DNA of 64,000 bases from Azolla caroliniana (GCA_043228905.1 JBHGNT010000014.1:10106001-10170000), one strand, 5' to 3'. Counted from the stretch's first letter, positions 35,028 through 47,706 are shown. Notes: generated by a model not told the origin, from the sequence alone. Translations and numbers: made by a program.

Positions 35028-38000
35028 CACGACTACAGAAAAAATAGAAAATTGTATTACAAAGAAGGCAAGAATAACCAACAGTTACAAGGAGAGGGAG
35101 AAGGTGCGTATGTAGTCACCTTCTCTCTAAGTTCTCTCACTAGTGCCACCTCTTGGGAAAGAGTTTGTGTCTTAACTACCAAAACAATGTGTCATGGAAC
35201 ATTAAATTCTATGACACATTAGTTTCTATACAAGGAGGTGGGATGTTCACACACTCGAGTATCCTAGAGTGTGTTCCCACTCATGAGAAGTTGAGTTTGA
35301 TTCTCAACACGCCCCTTCAAACACAACTTCCAGTCGTCGGATGGTTTGTTTTGATCGGGATTGGTCTTCGGTTTACCTTTGAGTCAACTCGACTCTGACT
35401 CCTTACTCCCCCTCAAGCTCGATTGGTCGATGGTCAAAAGACCCAAGCCGGTCGTGAACTGACCCAGGGCCTTGGTGAAGGTGTTGGTCGTCTACAGGTT
35501 CGTGATGATGTGTTGCAGGTTGACATCCCTGGCCAGAACACGCTCTCGGATGAAGTGATAGTGTAGTTCAATGTGCTTAGTCCTGTCGCAGTAGAGGAGA
35601 ATTGGATCCTTGATGGGAACGCCCATATCCTTCAAGATTCTTTTGAGCCAAATGGCTTCACATGCGGCTACGGTTGCGCCCCTCTATTCGGCTTCGGTGC
35701 TCGACAATGCGACTGTCGGTTGTTTCTTACTACTCCACAATATGGTGTTGTTTCCAAGAGAGAAAACAAATCTGGATGTCGATCGTCAGTCGACTCTGTA
35801 GCCGGCCCAGATGGCATCGGTGTATCCTTCGAGTCGTATTAGTGTAGGCACTTTGTAAATGATGCCGAAATCCATGGTTCCACTCACATACCTTAGCACT
35901 CGCTTAGCACAGTCAAGATGGATGTCTCGTGGAGTTTGCATGAACTGATTAAGAAGGTCGACTGGGTAACTCAACTCGGATTGGGTAATGGTGAGGTAGA
36001 TGAGCCTTCAGACTTGTTGATGATAGTGTTTAAGCTCACACTCTCTAGTGTCTGAGTCAGCATCTAGCTTTTAGATTTTAATCGAGAGGAGTAGTGACGG
36101 GCTTACACTTTGTCATCCCAAACTTGTAAAGAAGATTGAGGATATAGTGCTTTTGAGAAAGCATGATGTCGTCTGGAATCCGAATTACATCTATTCCTAG
36201 AAAGTAATGGAGTTCCTTCATATCGGTCATTTCAAATCGGCTGGAGAGGAGCTTCTTGATGTGCTCAATATCCTCTAAATGCTCTCCTCCTATGACTAAG
36301 TCATCCACATAAATGATGGTAAATACTTGTCCTCTAGAGTCGCTCCGAATGAACAGAGAATTGTCGGACTTGGAAATGTTGAAGCTGATTTGATAAAGAT
36401 ATTGCGTTATCTTTGAATGCCATGATCTCGGTGCTTGCTTCCAGCCGTAACGAGGCTATTTAAGTTAGTAGACAATAGTTGGATGCACAGTTGACATGAA
36501 TCCGGGTGGTTGCACCATGTACACCTCTTCGTCTACTCGCATGATCTTTACATCCATTTGGTGGAGGTGCCACCCCTTTGTTGCTGCAAGCGTGATCACG
36601 GTTCGAATTGTAGTCATCTTTGGCACCGGGGCAAAGGTCTCTTTGTAGTCGATACGGTGTGTCTGCGCATACCCCTTTGCCACAAGTCGGGCCTTGTACT
36701 GATGGACAGTATCGTCGGCGTTGTGTTTTACCTTGAAGATCCACTGGCATCCAATTTCCTTTTTGTGGTTTGAAGAGTGCTTCCATCTCCTCATTCATCG
36801 CTTCGACCCATCTAGGGTCCTTCGTAGCTTCGGAATAGTTTTCCGGTTCTTGGACTGTCGACACCTTCATCATGAATGCATAGTGATATGCCATGTCATC
36901 GTTGTAGCCGAATACGTTCTTTTCTCGGGTGGATCGATGTGGTTCTCCTGGTGTCCTCATGATAGGCACATCCAATCTACCAAACTCACTGTCGGATAAG
37001 TGAGTCGATTCATTTCCAACTAAGTCTTCATACTCAGGCATTTTGGCCTTTCCTTTGTCCTATTTCAGACTCGGTCACGACCTGCTTTGGTCGCTTGAAG
37101 GCTATTGTGGTCCAGTCAACCTAGTGAAGTTTGGACTTCCCTCTGATGTGAACCTTGGTTGATCATCCTCCTCCGCATCTATATCGAACTCGGTTTCGAT
37201 TGTCTCGGATGAGGCTAGTTCGACTGTATACCAGGATGTTGACTCGTCGAATACTACATCCCTACTTACTTGTACCTTCTTGGTGGAAGGGTCGAAGCAC
37301 TTGTACCCTTTTTGCTCGAGTGAGTACCCTACGAGTATACATTTCTCCGACTTGAGATCGAGCTTCTGCCGCAGGTCGTTGGGAATATGTACATATGCAA
37401 TTGAACCAAATATCCTGACATGAGATAGATCCAGTTTCTTCCCATATAACTTTTCGTAGGGGGTAACTTCATGCACTCTTGATGTTGTGCAACAATTCAT
37501 CAGATAAATAGCCGTATTCGCCAGTTCAGCCCAATATGACTTTGGTAGATGTTTCTCGTTCATCATTGCCCTTGCCACCTCGAGTATGTGCCGATTCTTG
37601 CGTTTTGCTACTCCGTTCTGTTGAGGTGTGTGTCGGCAAGTAAACTCCTGCCGAATTCCTTCTTGTCGAAGGTATGTTGTGAAGGTGTCTGAGAAGTACT
37701 CCTTACCACCGTCTGATCAAAGGTATCAGACATGCCGACCAATTGCCTTTTCGACCTTGTTTTTGAACCTTTGGAAGTGTCCAAACACTTCGTTCTTCTG
37801 CCGCATGGGGTAGATCCAAGTATGTCTGGAGAAGTCGTCGATGAACGTTACGTAGTATCGGAAACCACCAAATGTTGCCGTCTAGGCTGGTCCCCATACA
37901 TCTGAATGTATTACATCTAGGATCCCTTTGCTTGTGTTCCTCTCCTTCGGGAACGGTTGTCGGTGTTGTTTGCCGAATTGACAAGCTTTGCACACGCCTG

Positions 38001-39471
38001 CAATTTCCTTTTCGGTGAAGGTCGGGAGTCCAGTGACAACTTCTTTCGACTACAATCCTTTGAGCTTCTGGAATTTGATGTGGCCTATCCTCCTATGCCA
38101 CAACTCTATGTCAGTGTCGGCTCTCTGTTCATTGACATACATTGCCGAGTTCATCTCATGAGAGCCGAGGATGAACATTCGACCTTCTCTTTGACCGCAA
38201 GCGATAAGTTGGCCTTCTTTTTCAATGAACCAATCTACATCGTTGAAGCGGACTTGCATGCCTTGTTTGACTATCTAGGCAACTGAGACCAGGTTTTTTG
38301 TTCTTGATGTATGTTTGGTTTCCTTCTTCCCCAATTGAGACATTGCCGATATGTTGAATGGGGTGAATTTTGTCATCCCCAATCTCCACATAGTCGGGTC
38401 ATTCGGGCTTTCGTAGCTCCTTGAACCAATCCTTGTGGGATGTCATGTGGTTAGATGCACCCGAGTTGACAAACCATACATCTTCTGGTTTGGAGGTGTT
38501 GGTCCAGTTTGAGACTTTCATCGAGTGCGCTATGTGCCTCATCACAAACATTTTTCCATGATTGTCATATTCAGAGTTGGAGGCGTAGTTTGTGAGTTGT
38601 CGGCTTGTGGAGGCCGACTCACTCTTCTTCTTCCGACACTCTGGCTCATAGTGGCCGAATTTACCACAGTAACCGCACTGAATTGCCGACCGAATTGCCC
38701 CGAACCGAGGTGCTAAGCCTCTGAGGCAAATTTGCACCATTTCATCATCGTCAATGCTAACATTGATCGACCCGAGGGCATCGCACAGATCCTTTGAATT
38801 TCAAGGTGTAGCTGCTGATTGACATGCCCCTCTGTTGCATGCCATTCAACTCTTGACGAAGGTGAAGCTTTCTTGCGGTTGTGTTGGCCGTCAAAATCTT
38901 CTTGAGGTTCCCCCACGCCTCCTTCGGCATTTCGGCCTCTTGGATGTAGTTGAGCATGTGATCATGGACGCATGATGCAAGGTAATACAACACACGACTC
39001 ACTGCTTGCTCCGAAGCTCGATAGTTGGCATGTGTTGGGTTGGGTTTATTCTCATTTTCCCCTTTGACATAACTCCAATAGTCTTGGCCGACAAGGTATT
39101 GGTGCATATTGTACTCCCAAGATGCAAAGTTGTTTCTGTCGAGCTTTTCAGCAGGAAGAGCGCTTCCTATTTGTGTGTTCATGTTTGTCATAACTAGACT
39201 CGAACCCATAACCTTTTGTTACACGGGTCGAGACTTTACCATTAGGTTATGAATTGTAATTTGAAGGATATTATTTTCATTTAGGTTTTATTGGGAAATT
39301 GATGTATATTCCAGATTTCTCTGGAACATTCTAGAAACTTCAGGAGTATTCCTGAAGACACTATAAAAGGAGGCGCAAGGCATTAGTTCGAACCAAATCG
39401 GTTCAACGCCAGTCTTAAGCCTTCTAACTACTGTTGTATATCTTCCTTCATATAATACATATATCTTTCAC

Positions 39472-39515
<44 letters not shown>

Positions 39516-39724
39516 ACTCATTCCTTCTCTCAAAGTTCGACACCTCTCATAGTACTAATCCTTCTCTGTCTTAGTACTATTCCCCAACAATAGTACTAAT
39601 CCTTCTTTTAGTACTAATTCCTTCTCTGCCTTAATAGAGTTCCTGACAGTTTGAACCGATTTCTGTCTGGTCTTTTCTCTCCCTCCTTTCCTACTAGTCT
39701 CTTATTTCCCTTTTCCTTCATCCC

Positions 39725-40894
39725 ATGGCCACCGTTAGCGCTGAAGAGTATCAATCCGTTTTCTCGGAATTTCAATGCTTGAAAGAGAAGTTTCATGCTT
39801 TGGAACAAGAAAATCAACGCTTGTTGGGGGATCTTCAGCAAATTTCCTTAGAAAAGCAGCAAACGCAACAACAGCATGGGGAACTTGCGTTACGCGTGCA
39901 ACAACTCGAAGCAACCATCGTAGCAATGCAACAACAAGGGCACGGAGCACAAGGGATTCATAAAGAACCCAAGATTGGCCTTCCCACGAAGTTCGATGGA
40001 ACGCGATCGCAGTTTAGAGGGTTTCTTAACCAGGTACGGTTAGTTATTCAAATGCATCCGTCCCGATATCCCACCGATGCATCACGAGTGGGTTTAGTAG
40101 GCACGTTGTTAAATGGCTCAGCATTAGCATGGTTCGCTCCGCTACTAGAAAAGGAATCTCCAGTACTAAATAATTTTGAAGAATTCATAAGTGAGTTTAA
40201 AGCATGTTTTGGAGATACTGACAGCATAAGGACTGCAATCAACAAAATCCGGCGATTACGCCAAGGTGACCGTCCAGCCTCCGCATATGCTGCAGATTTC
40301 CGCCTACTCGCCGCCGATATCCCCTGGGATGATCAAGCATTGATGGAGCAGTTCCGCTATGGTCTACGCAACGATGTCAAGGATTTACTCTTGACTTTCC
40401 CTGAAGAGCCAAAATCATTAACAGAAGCAATCAGTCGAGCGGTCAGATGTGACAACCGCCTCTTCGAGCGACGTTCGGAACGACAATTTCAGATGCCGAG
40501 GGCAAGATCCGAGCCTACCTATGCCTCAGTGGTAGCAAAACCTTTTCAAAGGGAGTCACATAATGCGCCTCCAGTAAGTACTCCAACTCCAATGGAAATT
40601 GACACTACACGTCGTCGTGGGCCGCTATCGGAGGAGGAAAAGCAACGACGCCGAACAAACCGATTATGCCTTTATTGCGGTGGACCAGGGCATATCGCGA
40701 TAAACTGTCCCCATAGACCAAGAAGGCAGGTAAACCAAGTCGTTGTTAGTTCTGACTATACTAAACCCGAGTCTATTTCAGTAGGAATCTCTGATAGTCC
40801 TCATAGTCATAATAGTCCTAATAGTACTAATAGTCCGAATCTCGCAAACAAATTTGATGTCCTTAGCCAATTAGAAGAAGAGTTAAACGACTAA
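39725..40894 (+). CDS. gag: W gag, 389 aa
   Basis: Intact ORF with PEG10/Sushi-like capsid and CCHC knuckle. Confidence 0.95.
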   Translation: MATVSAEEYQSVFSEFQCLKEKFHALEQENQRLLGDLQQISLEKQQTQQQHGELALRVQQLEATIVAMQQQGHGAQGIHKEPKIGLPTKFDGTRSQFRGFLNQVRLVIQMHPSRYPTDASRVGLVGTLLNGSALAWFAPLLEKESPVLNNFEEFISEFKACFGDTDSIRTAINKIRRLRQGDRPASAYAADFRLLAADIPWDDQALMEQFRYGLRNDVKDLLLTFPEEPKSLTEAISRAVRCDNRLFERRSERQFQMPRARSEPTYASVVAKPFQRESHNAPPVSTPTPMEIDTTRRRGPLSEEEKQRRRTNRLCLYCGGPGHIAINCPHRPRRQVNQVVVSSDYTKPESISVGISDSPHSHNSPNSTNSPNLANKFDVLSQLEEELND

Positions 40895-43800
40895 GTCCAG
40901 CCAAAATAGGAGCCGTTTGGTTGGACAGCCCTAGATCTGTGCAGCCCATTAGTGGTTCCATTCCCTCTAAGCAAGTTAGTGATGTGTTCGTAGCCCAAGT
41001 AGCAGTTAGTACTAAAAGTACCCCTCCAGTACATACCTTAGCCCTTCTAGATTCCGGAGCTAATTCTTGCTTCATGGATAGGAATTTTGCCCGAGCTCAT
41101 CAGATATCTCTCAGAAAGCTCCCATGTCCAGCCTCAGTAGTAGTCATTGATGGTCGTCCCATTGCTTCTGGTAATATCATAGAAGAGTCGGAACCCGTTA
41201 ATATTGTCCTAGATAACTTAACATGTGTAGTATCATTTAATATTATTAGTATTCCAGAACACCCCATAGTTTTAGGATTACCATGGTTCGAGTTACATAA
41301 CCCAGACATAGATTGGAGGACAAGGGAAATCCGGTTGCAACAAACCCAAGGACCTACCCAGAAGGTTGCAACCATTTCGCTACGTCAGTTGCGTGAGGAA
41401 GGGCGCAAGGAGGAAATGTTTCTCTTCGCAATATCAGTACAACCCTCCAGCACCACCAAAGAGGAGTCCACCGTTCAACTTCCCGAGAAGTATCGTCAGT
41501 ATGCTGATGTGTTCGATAAAGTACAAGCCAACACACTTCCTCATCATCGGCCGTACGATTGCGCCATCGACTTACAACCGGGAAAAGAGCCGCCATGGGG
41601 GCCGATCTACAATTTGTCACCAACCGAGCTAGAAGTCCTTCGAGCCTATATAGAGGAGAATTTGGAGAACGGTTTCATTCGGCATTCGAAATCTCCAGCC
41701 GGCGCACCCATTTTCTTCGTCAAGAAAAAAGATGGCTCGCTTCGACTCGTTGTAGATTACCGTGGCTTGAATAAAGTCACAGTAAGAAATAGGTATGCTC
41801 TTCCCCTTATCTCAAGTCTTTTAGAACGGATCAACGGTGCCAGGTTCTTCACGAAGATCGACTTACGAGGAGCCTATAACCTCGTACGGATCCGACCAGG
41901 AGATGAATGGAAGACCGCGTTTCGCACCAGATATGGGCACTTCGAGTATACGGTCATGCCGTTCGGACTCACTAATGCGCCGGCAGTCTTCCAGCACATG
42001 GCGAATGATATATTTCGAGATCTCTTGGATGATTTTTTGATCATCTATTTGGATGATCTACTGGTTTATTCAAAGACCCAAGAAGAACATGATTCTCATG
42101 TACTATTAGTACTAAAACGACTTCGAGAACATGGTCTGTATGCAAAGTTAGAGAAATGTAGTTTCGGGTGCAACCAAGTGGAATTTCTCGGCTATGTCAT
42201 CTCCTCAGAAGGCATATCTATGGACCCAGCCAAGGTCAAAACGGTGATAGAATGGCACACTCCGCATTCGGTGCGGGATGTGCAATGCTTCCTAGGCTTT
42301 GCAAATTTTTACCGGAAGTTCATACAAAATTACTCAAAAATTGTGCTGCCTCTCACACAGCTCACCAGGAAGGGACAATCATTCATTTGGTCTAAAGAGA
42401 CGGACATGGCTTTCGAGAGTCTTAAGAAGGCGTTTACATCAGCTCCAATTTTAGGTCATGTGGATCCGGAAAAACCATTCATTATCGAAGCTGACGCATC
42501 GGATTTCGCATTGGGGAGCATTCTGTCACAACAGGGTAACGACGAGAAGCTACATCCTGTGGCTTTCCACTCCCGTAAGTTTGACGCCGCCGAAATCAAC
42601 TACGAAATTCATGATAAAGAGCTATTAGCAATAGTTGATTCTTTTATGCAATGGAGGCATTTCCTGGAGGGATCTCCTCATCAGGTCACTGTATTCAGTG
42701 ACCACAAGAACCTTGCCTACTTTCAAGATGCTCGTGTACTGAATCGACGTCAAGCTCGGTGGGCCCACTTCCTCACACGCTTCGACTTCAAAATTACATA
42801 TCGTCCGGGGAAGCACCAAGGGAAGGCAGATGCATTATCACGGCGTTCGTATCTAACACCACGTCCCGGTGAGCCAGCTTTCGATAACCAGAAGCAAGTA
42901 ATCTTGGGTCCAGCACGACTGCAAGCAGCACAGGTCTTTGACATACCCGTGGATTCCGACATTACCAATACTATACGTGAGGACTTGAAGACTGACGCTT
43001 TCGCCCAAGCTATACTAGCACAAATTGACCCCTCTCGAGCGTCATGTTCCCAATCACAATCACCAGGTACGGATTATCGGCAATTCAAATACTGTGATGG
43101 ATTACTCTTCTTTAAAGAACTTTTGTATGTTCCTAATGGTTCTTGCCGCCTTCGAGTAGTACAAAATTGCCATGACACATATACAGCAGGACATTTTGGT
43201 AGTACTAAAACATTAGATTTAGTACAACGATCATTCTGGTGGCCCCGTATGCGACAATTTGTCGAAGATTTTGTTCGGACTTGCGATACATGCTGCAGAG
43301 CGAAAATGCCAAGACATCATCCATATGGTTTATTAGAACCATTACCAATTCCAAGCAAGCCATGGCAATCCATTGCTCTTGACTTCATTACAGATCTTCC
43401 AGTCTCTAAGGGATTCAGTGCGATTCTCACAGTGGTGGATCGATATACGAAGATGGCTCATTTCTTACCATGTACTAAAGAAATATCTAGTGAAGACACC
43501 GCCGAAATTGTCATGCGGGAAGTATGTCGGCATCATGGACTCCCTGATAATATCATCAGCGATCGTGGACCTCAGTTTGTGTCAAAATTCTGGAAGCACC
43601 TTTTTAAAATGCTGAAGGTCACTTGTAACCTCTCCTCCGGCTACCACCCACAAACCGACGGTCAAGCCGAACGAACAAATCAAACACTGGAGCAGTATCT
43701 GCGGTGCTTTCTCAACTATCATCAGAATGACTGGGCAGATATTCTTCAGTTCGCCGAATTTGCCTATAATAACGCTATCCACGCATCGACTAAAGTCACG

Positions 43801-44478
43801 CCATTCTACGCTTATACGGGATATCATCCCCGGTGGTGTGTCCTTGAAACCCCAGAAGTGTCCACAAATCCTTGCGCGGAGGATCGTTTGGAGCGGTTAC
43901 GCAAGATACAAGCGGATTTATCTACTCAACTCCAGCAAGCTCAACAATCACACAAGGACTACGCAGATCGTCATCGACTTCCATCCAGTTTTAACATTGG
44001 AGATCGGGTGTGGCTGCTACGACGACACATCAAGACTACTCGCCCATGTGAGAAGTTGGATTATCGGCGATTAGGTCCTTTCCGTATTATCGGGAAGATT
44101 AATGATGTCGCTTTTCGTCTCGAGCTACCTCCGCAACTTCGGATACATCCGGTGTTTCATAGTTCTCTCCTCGAACCCTATCACGAGAGCACTATCCCAG
44201 GACGTACTATACAACCACCACCTCCTATCGAGCTCGAAGATGGACCTGAATATGAGGTCGCTGCCATCCTCGATTCCAAGATTGTTCGCAACAAGCTCTA
44301 CTATCTAGTCGATTGGCTAGGATATAGTCCCAGCGAGCGTACTTGGGAACCGATCGAGAATGTGACCAATGCTCGTGCTCTTCTAGAAGACTTCCATCGA
44401 CGATATCCCGAGAAACCGGGTCCTCAATCCAAAACGACTCGTGGAACTCGTCGTTTTAAAGGGGGGATAGTGTCATAA
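40882..44478 (+). CDS. pol: W pol (protease, RT, RNase H, integrase, chromodomain), probably made by -1 frameshift
   Basis: 1185-aa uninterrupted ORF; LLDSGA, YLDD, EADASD, HHCC, SDRG, LGPF, chromodomain. Stop codon lies inside the 3' LTR. Confidence 0.95.
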   Translation, partial: VKRLSPAKIGAVWLDSPRSVQPISGSIPSKQVSDVFVAQVAVSTKSTPPVHTLALLDSGANSCFMDRNFARAHQISLRKLPCPASVVVIDGRPIASGNIIEESEPVNIVLDNLTCVVSFNIISIPEHPIVLGLPWFELHNPDIDWRTREIRLQQTQGPTQKVATISLRQLREEGRKEEMFLFAISVQPSSTTKEESTVQLPEKYRQYADVFDKVQANTLPHHRPYDCAIDLQPGKEPPWGPIYNLSPTELEVLRAYIEENLENGFIRHSKSPAGAPIFFVKKKDGSLRLVVDYRGLNKVTVRNRYALPLISSLLERINGARFFTKIDLRGAYNLVRIRPGDEWKTAFRTRYGHFEYTVMPFGLTNAPAVFQHMANDIFRDLLDDFLIIYLDDLLVYSKTQEEHDSHVLLVLKRLREHGLYAKLEKCSFGCNQVEFLGYVISSEGISMDPAKVKTVIEWHTPHSVRDVQCFLGFANFYRKFIQNYSKIVLPLTQLTRKGQSFIWSKETDMAFESLKKAFTSAPILGHVDPEKPFIIEADASDFALGSILSQQGNDEKLHPVAFHSRKFDAAEINYEIHDKELLAIVDSFMQWRHFLEGSPHQVTVFSDHKNLAYFQDARVLNRRQARWAHFLTRFDFKITYRPGKHQGKADALSRRSYLTPRPGEPAFDNQKQVILGPARLQAAQVFDIPVDSDITNTIREDLKTDAFAQAILAQIDPSRASCSQSQSPGTDYRQFKYCDGLLFFKELLYVPNGSCRLRVVQNCHDTYTAGHFGSTKTLDLVQRSFWWPRMRQFVEDFVRTCDTCCRAKMPRHHPYGLLEPLPIPSKPWQSIALDFITDLPVSKGFSAILTVVDRYTKMAHFLPCTKEISSEDTAEIVMREVCRHHGLPDNIISDRGPQFVSKFWKHLFKMLKVTCNLSSGYHPQTDGQAERTNQTLEQYLRCFLNYHQNDWADILQFAEFAYNNAIHASTKVTPFYAYTGYHPRWCVLETPEVSTNPCAEDRLERLRKIQADLSTQLQQAQQSHKDYADRHRLPSSFNIGDRVWLLRRHIKTTRPCEKLDYRRLGPFRIIGKINDVAFRLELPPQLRIHPVFHSSLLEPYHESTIPGRTIQPPPPIELEDGPEYEVAAILDSKIVRNKLYYLVDWLGYSPSERTWEPIENVTNARALLEDFHRRYPEKPGPQSKTTRGTRRFKGGIVS

Positions 44479-44756
44479 CTAGACTCGAACCCATAACCTT
44501 TTGTTACACGGGTCGAGACTTTACCATTAGGTTATGAATTGTAATTTGAAGGATATTATTTTCATTTAGGTTTTATTGGGAAATTGATGTATATTCCAGA
44601 TTTCTCTGGAACATTCTAGAAACTTCAGGAGTATTCCTGAAGACACTATAAAAGGAGGCGCAAGGCATTAGTTCGAACCAAATCGGTTCAACGCCAGTCT
44701 TAAGCCTTCTAACTTCTGTTGTATATCTTCCTTCATATAATACATATATCTTTCAC

Positions 44757-44800
<44 letters not shown>

Positions 44801-45442
44801 ACTCATTCCTTCTCTCAAAGTTCGACACCTCTCATAGTACTAATCCTTCTCTGTCTTAGTACTATTCCCCAACAATAGTACTAATCCTTCTTTTAGTACT
44901 AATTCCTTCTCTGCCTTAATAGAGTTCCTGACAATGTTGAGCTTCTTCTTATTCTTCTTCTTCTTGATGCGAACTGTGCAGAAGGCTGCCACAATGATCA
45001 CTCAGTTCTTGTTGAATGCAGAATCAGGCACAACACATGCAGAGATGATGGGCTTCGATCAAGTAACCACATGCTCTGATACCATGTAAAGTAGCAGATG
45101 GATTTTGTGCAGCGGAAGAACTTTGTGTGTGTGTGTGTGCACAGAGAGAGAGAGAGCTCATGATTACAGAAAAAACATAAAACTATATTACAAAGAAGGC
45201 AAGAATAACCAATAGTTACAAGGAGAGGGAGAAGGTGCTTATGTAGTCATCCTCTCTCTAAGTTCTCTCACTAGTACCGCCTCTTGGGAAAGAGGTCGTG
45301 TCTTAACTACCTAAAGCATATGTGTCATAGAACATTAACTTCTATGACACACTAGTTACTATACAAGGAGGTGGGATGTTCACACACTCGAGTATCCTAG
45401 AGTGTGTTCCCATTCACGGGAAATTGAGTTTGATTCTCAACA

Positions 45443-46629
45443 GACCCATATTCGATACTCCCCCGTAATGGGCGTATACACCAAAAATCAGTAAAAAGAA
45501 TAAATAAGAATTACATATAATACAAAGTTATCGAACATATTGGCTTTGTTCGAATCGCCAAAATCCAAGAAAAGAAAGTCAAGTCGACTGGGGTCAAAAG
45601 AACTGAAGTCGAGCTTCGAACTGTCGATGTCGATTGTCCAAGAACATCCCGAGTGTCCGACTCAATCAGATTGATTCTTCTCCATGCCCATCTGGTGTGG
45701 AAGGGATTGGAATCGATCCACCAAAAGACACTTGGTCATCCCATCAACAACATTATCGATTGTAGGTATCATCCCAAGGCCCATTTTCCCTAAAATGACA
45801 CAGTCCCAAACGAAGTGATATTGAACGTCCATATGCTTGGAGGCGTTGTGATTCTTCTCTCACTATCGATGTAGACCACTGGAGCCGAGTCGGAGTTGAC
45901 TTGTTGAAACGTGTGCGCCAGCTGACCGAGCCATAAAGCCTCTTTCGCTGCATCGGAGGTGGCTACGTATTTGGCCTCGGTGGTTGATGTGGCGGTGCAC
46001 TCCTAAAGTTTCGATTTCCATGAGATTGCACCATTGCCGAATTTGAAACAGTATCTGGTTGTCGATTTTCAACTGTCAACGCAGCCGGATTGCGTTTCAA
46101 TGCGATCGGCCAAGATTGTCGTTAAATGTGTTGATGACTTTGACGGCGTAAGCAATGTCAGGCCTTGTCATGACCATCGCATATATCAAGGAGCTGATTG
46201 TTGGTGCATACGGTACCGACTTCATAACTTTCCCGTCTGGACCAGATGTCGGGTAGTCTTGCTAAACAACTGAAGATTAATTGAGAGCGGGGTCGAAGCA
46301 GATTTGGTCGATTGCATGTTAAAGCGTTCTAAGACACGTCCATTTGACTGATCTTCATCTCGAGAATGTGTCTTGCGGGACCGAGGTCCTTCATGGCAAA
46401 CTTCAACCACGGTTGCCGAACAAAGTTGATGGACCGGAGACTCATCCACGTAGATGATGTCGACCAGAGAGTAGCATGTCGTCCACATAGACGATGAGGA
46501 AGTTGGGAGACCCATCTCGAGTTTTTTTGGTGATGAGATAGTGGTCCTTATCGCTCTTTGAGAAGCTGATTGATTGGCTAAAGTCATCGAACTTCTTGTA
46601 CCATTGTCTCTGTGCCTGCTTTAGGCCCT
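45443..46629 (-). pseudogene. Element F: heavily decayed Copia RT/RNase H remnant
   Basis: Minus strand reads GLKQAQRQWYKKFD, YVDD, VLERFNMQ and SKHMDVQYHF; PPT-like GGGGGAG near 45458-45464. Confidence 0.7.
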
Positions 46630-47408
46630 TGTCGTGATGTTTCTAACACAGTGTGAAACCACCCTCGAAAATAAGTAAAATATTGGCTCAAATAAATTAG
46701 TATTGTGAAGTCAACTTTATTGGTAGAAAAAATACTTTTTCATTTGCCAAAGTTAATTCATTATCAATAAAAGGTCAAATGATTGAACCTTACTATAAAT
46801 AATGATGAATATTAAGTTAGAGGCGGTTTTCAAAAGTTGAGAAAAAGATGGGGAGAAAAAAAAAACACACGTGGATATGAGGAGCACAATAGAAACAAAA
46901 GATCCTAATTTCCTCATCAGATGTCCAAATTAGAAAAGGAAAGATGCATAAGAAAGCTAACCCAAAGAGCTTTCCAAAAATATCTTGCATGTGAACTTTG
47001 GGGCTAGAAAATAGAAATAGTGAGGAAAAGAAAAGTCGATTCATATAGACAAGCTTTTTTATTGGGGAAAAAGGCAAGCAATCCTAAACCTATAAATAAG
47101 ATCCTATTCTAGTGAAGAATGGGGGGAGGGAGAAGGAATGCAGAAGTTCTACTCAATTGGAAGGCAAAAGAAGAAGGATCAAAAACATCGAGAGGCATCC
47201 TCAACAAAGAATCACCTTCTTCTATATTCCACTCTCTTCTTTCCTCCACCCCTCTTCCCCTTTCCTTTATAAATTATCTCTCATATTCATATCAAACCCG
47301 TTGTAAAATTGATTCTTATTTTATAAAAGAATCTATTATATTGCAATAAACTAATGTTTGGTTTCACCTACGTATCTTATATGTTATTTGTTTGTGTGCC
47401 TTGTGACA
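46630..47408. repeat. Probable solo LTR, about 780 bp
   Basis: Termini TGTCGTGA...TTGTGACA; CCTATAAATA at about 47089; interrupts the Copia F RT. TSD not recovered. Confidence 0.45.
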
Positions 47409-47467
47409 AGGGAGCATTTTGGGCTTGCCCATGCACCTCTCCTTTCATGAAGGCATTCAAACTTATG

Positions 47468-47706
47468 TGTTGTGCGGAAATAACGCTCAGCTACAACCGA
47501 TTCTTCAACAAGGAATAGAAGAGAACAAATTAAAAAACCAAGATGACACAGGATGTTTACGTGGAAAACCCTAAATGGAAAAAACCATAGGAGCCCACAA
47601 ACACCAACTATCACTATGAGGGGAGGAATACAATGTGAGAATCAGAGGCAACAACCTCGAGCTCTATGTCTTCGCCTACCCACAGTTACAACAAAAACTA
47701 GTTTGG

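Larger units (their letters stand above)
39186..44933 (+). mobile_element. Chromovirus copy W: intact, very recent
   Basis: 463-bp LTRs at 39186-39648 and 44471-44933 with one substitution seen; TSD ATGTT at 39181-39185 and 44934-44938; PPT AAAAGGGGGGATAG. Confidence 0.97.
34933..45442 (-). mobile_element. Element E: full-length but decayed Copia, related to D, interrupted by W at the gag start
   Basis: Diverged LTRs 34933-35309 and 45085-45442; iMet PBS at 45073-45084; PPT 35310-35320; gag (KLDRNNFASWEY, CGYCGKFGHYEPEC), protease, integrase, RT (YMDD) and RNase H remnants. No matching TSD. Confidence 0.9.

Noticed and set aside
34913-45482. Inverted repeat GTGAATACGCCCATTA / TAATGGGCGTATACAC flanking Copia E as DNA-transposon TIRs
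   Set aside because: More simply a hairpin around the PPT/LTR start of older Copia F, split by insertion of E; no transposase or TSD.
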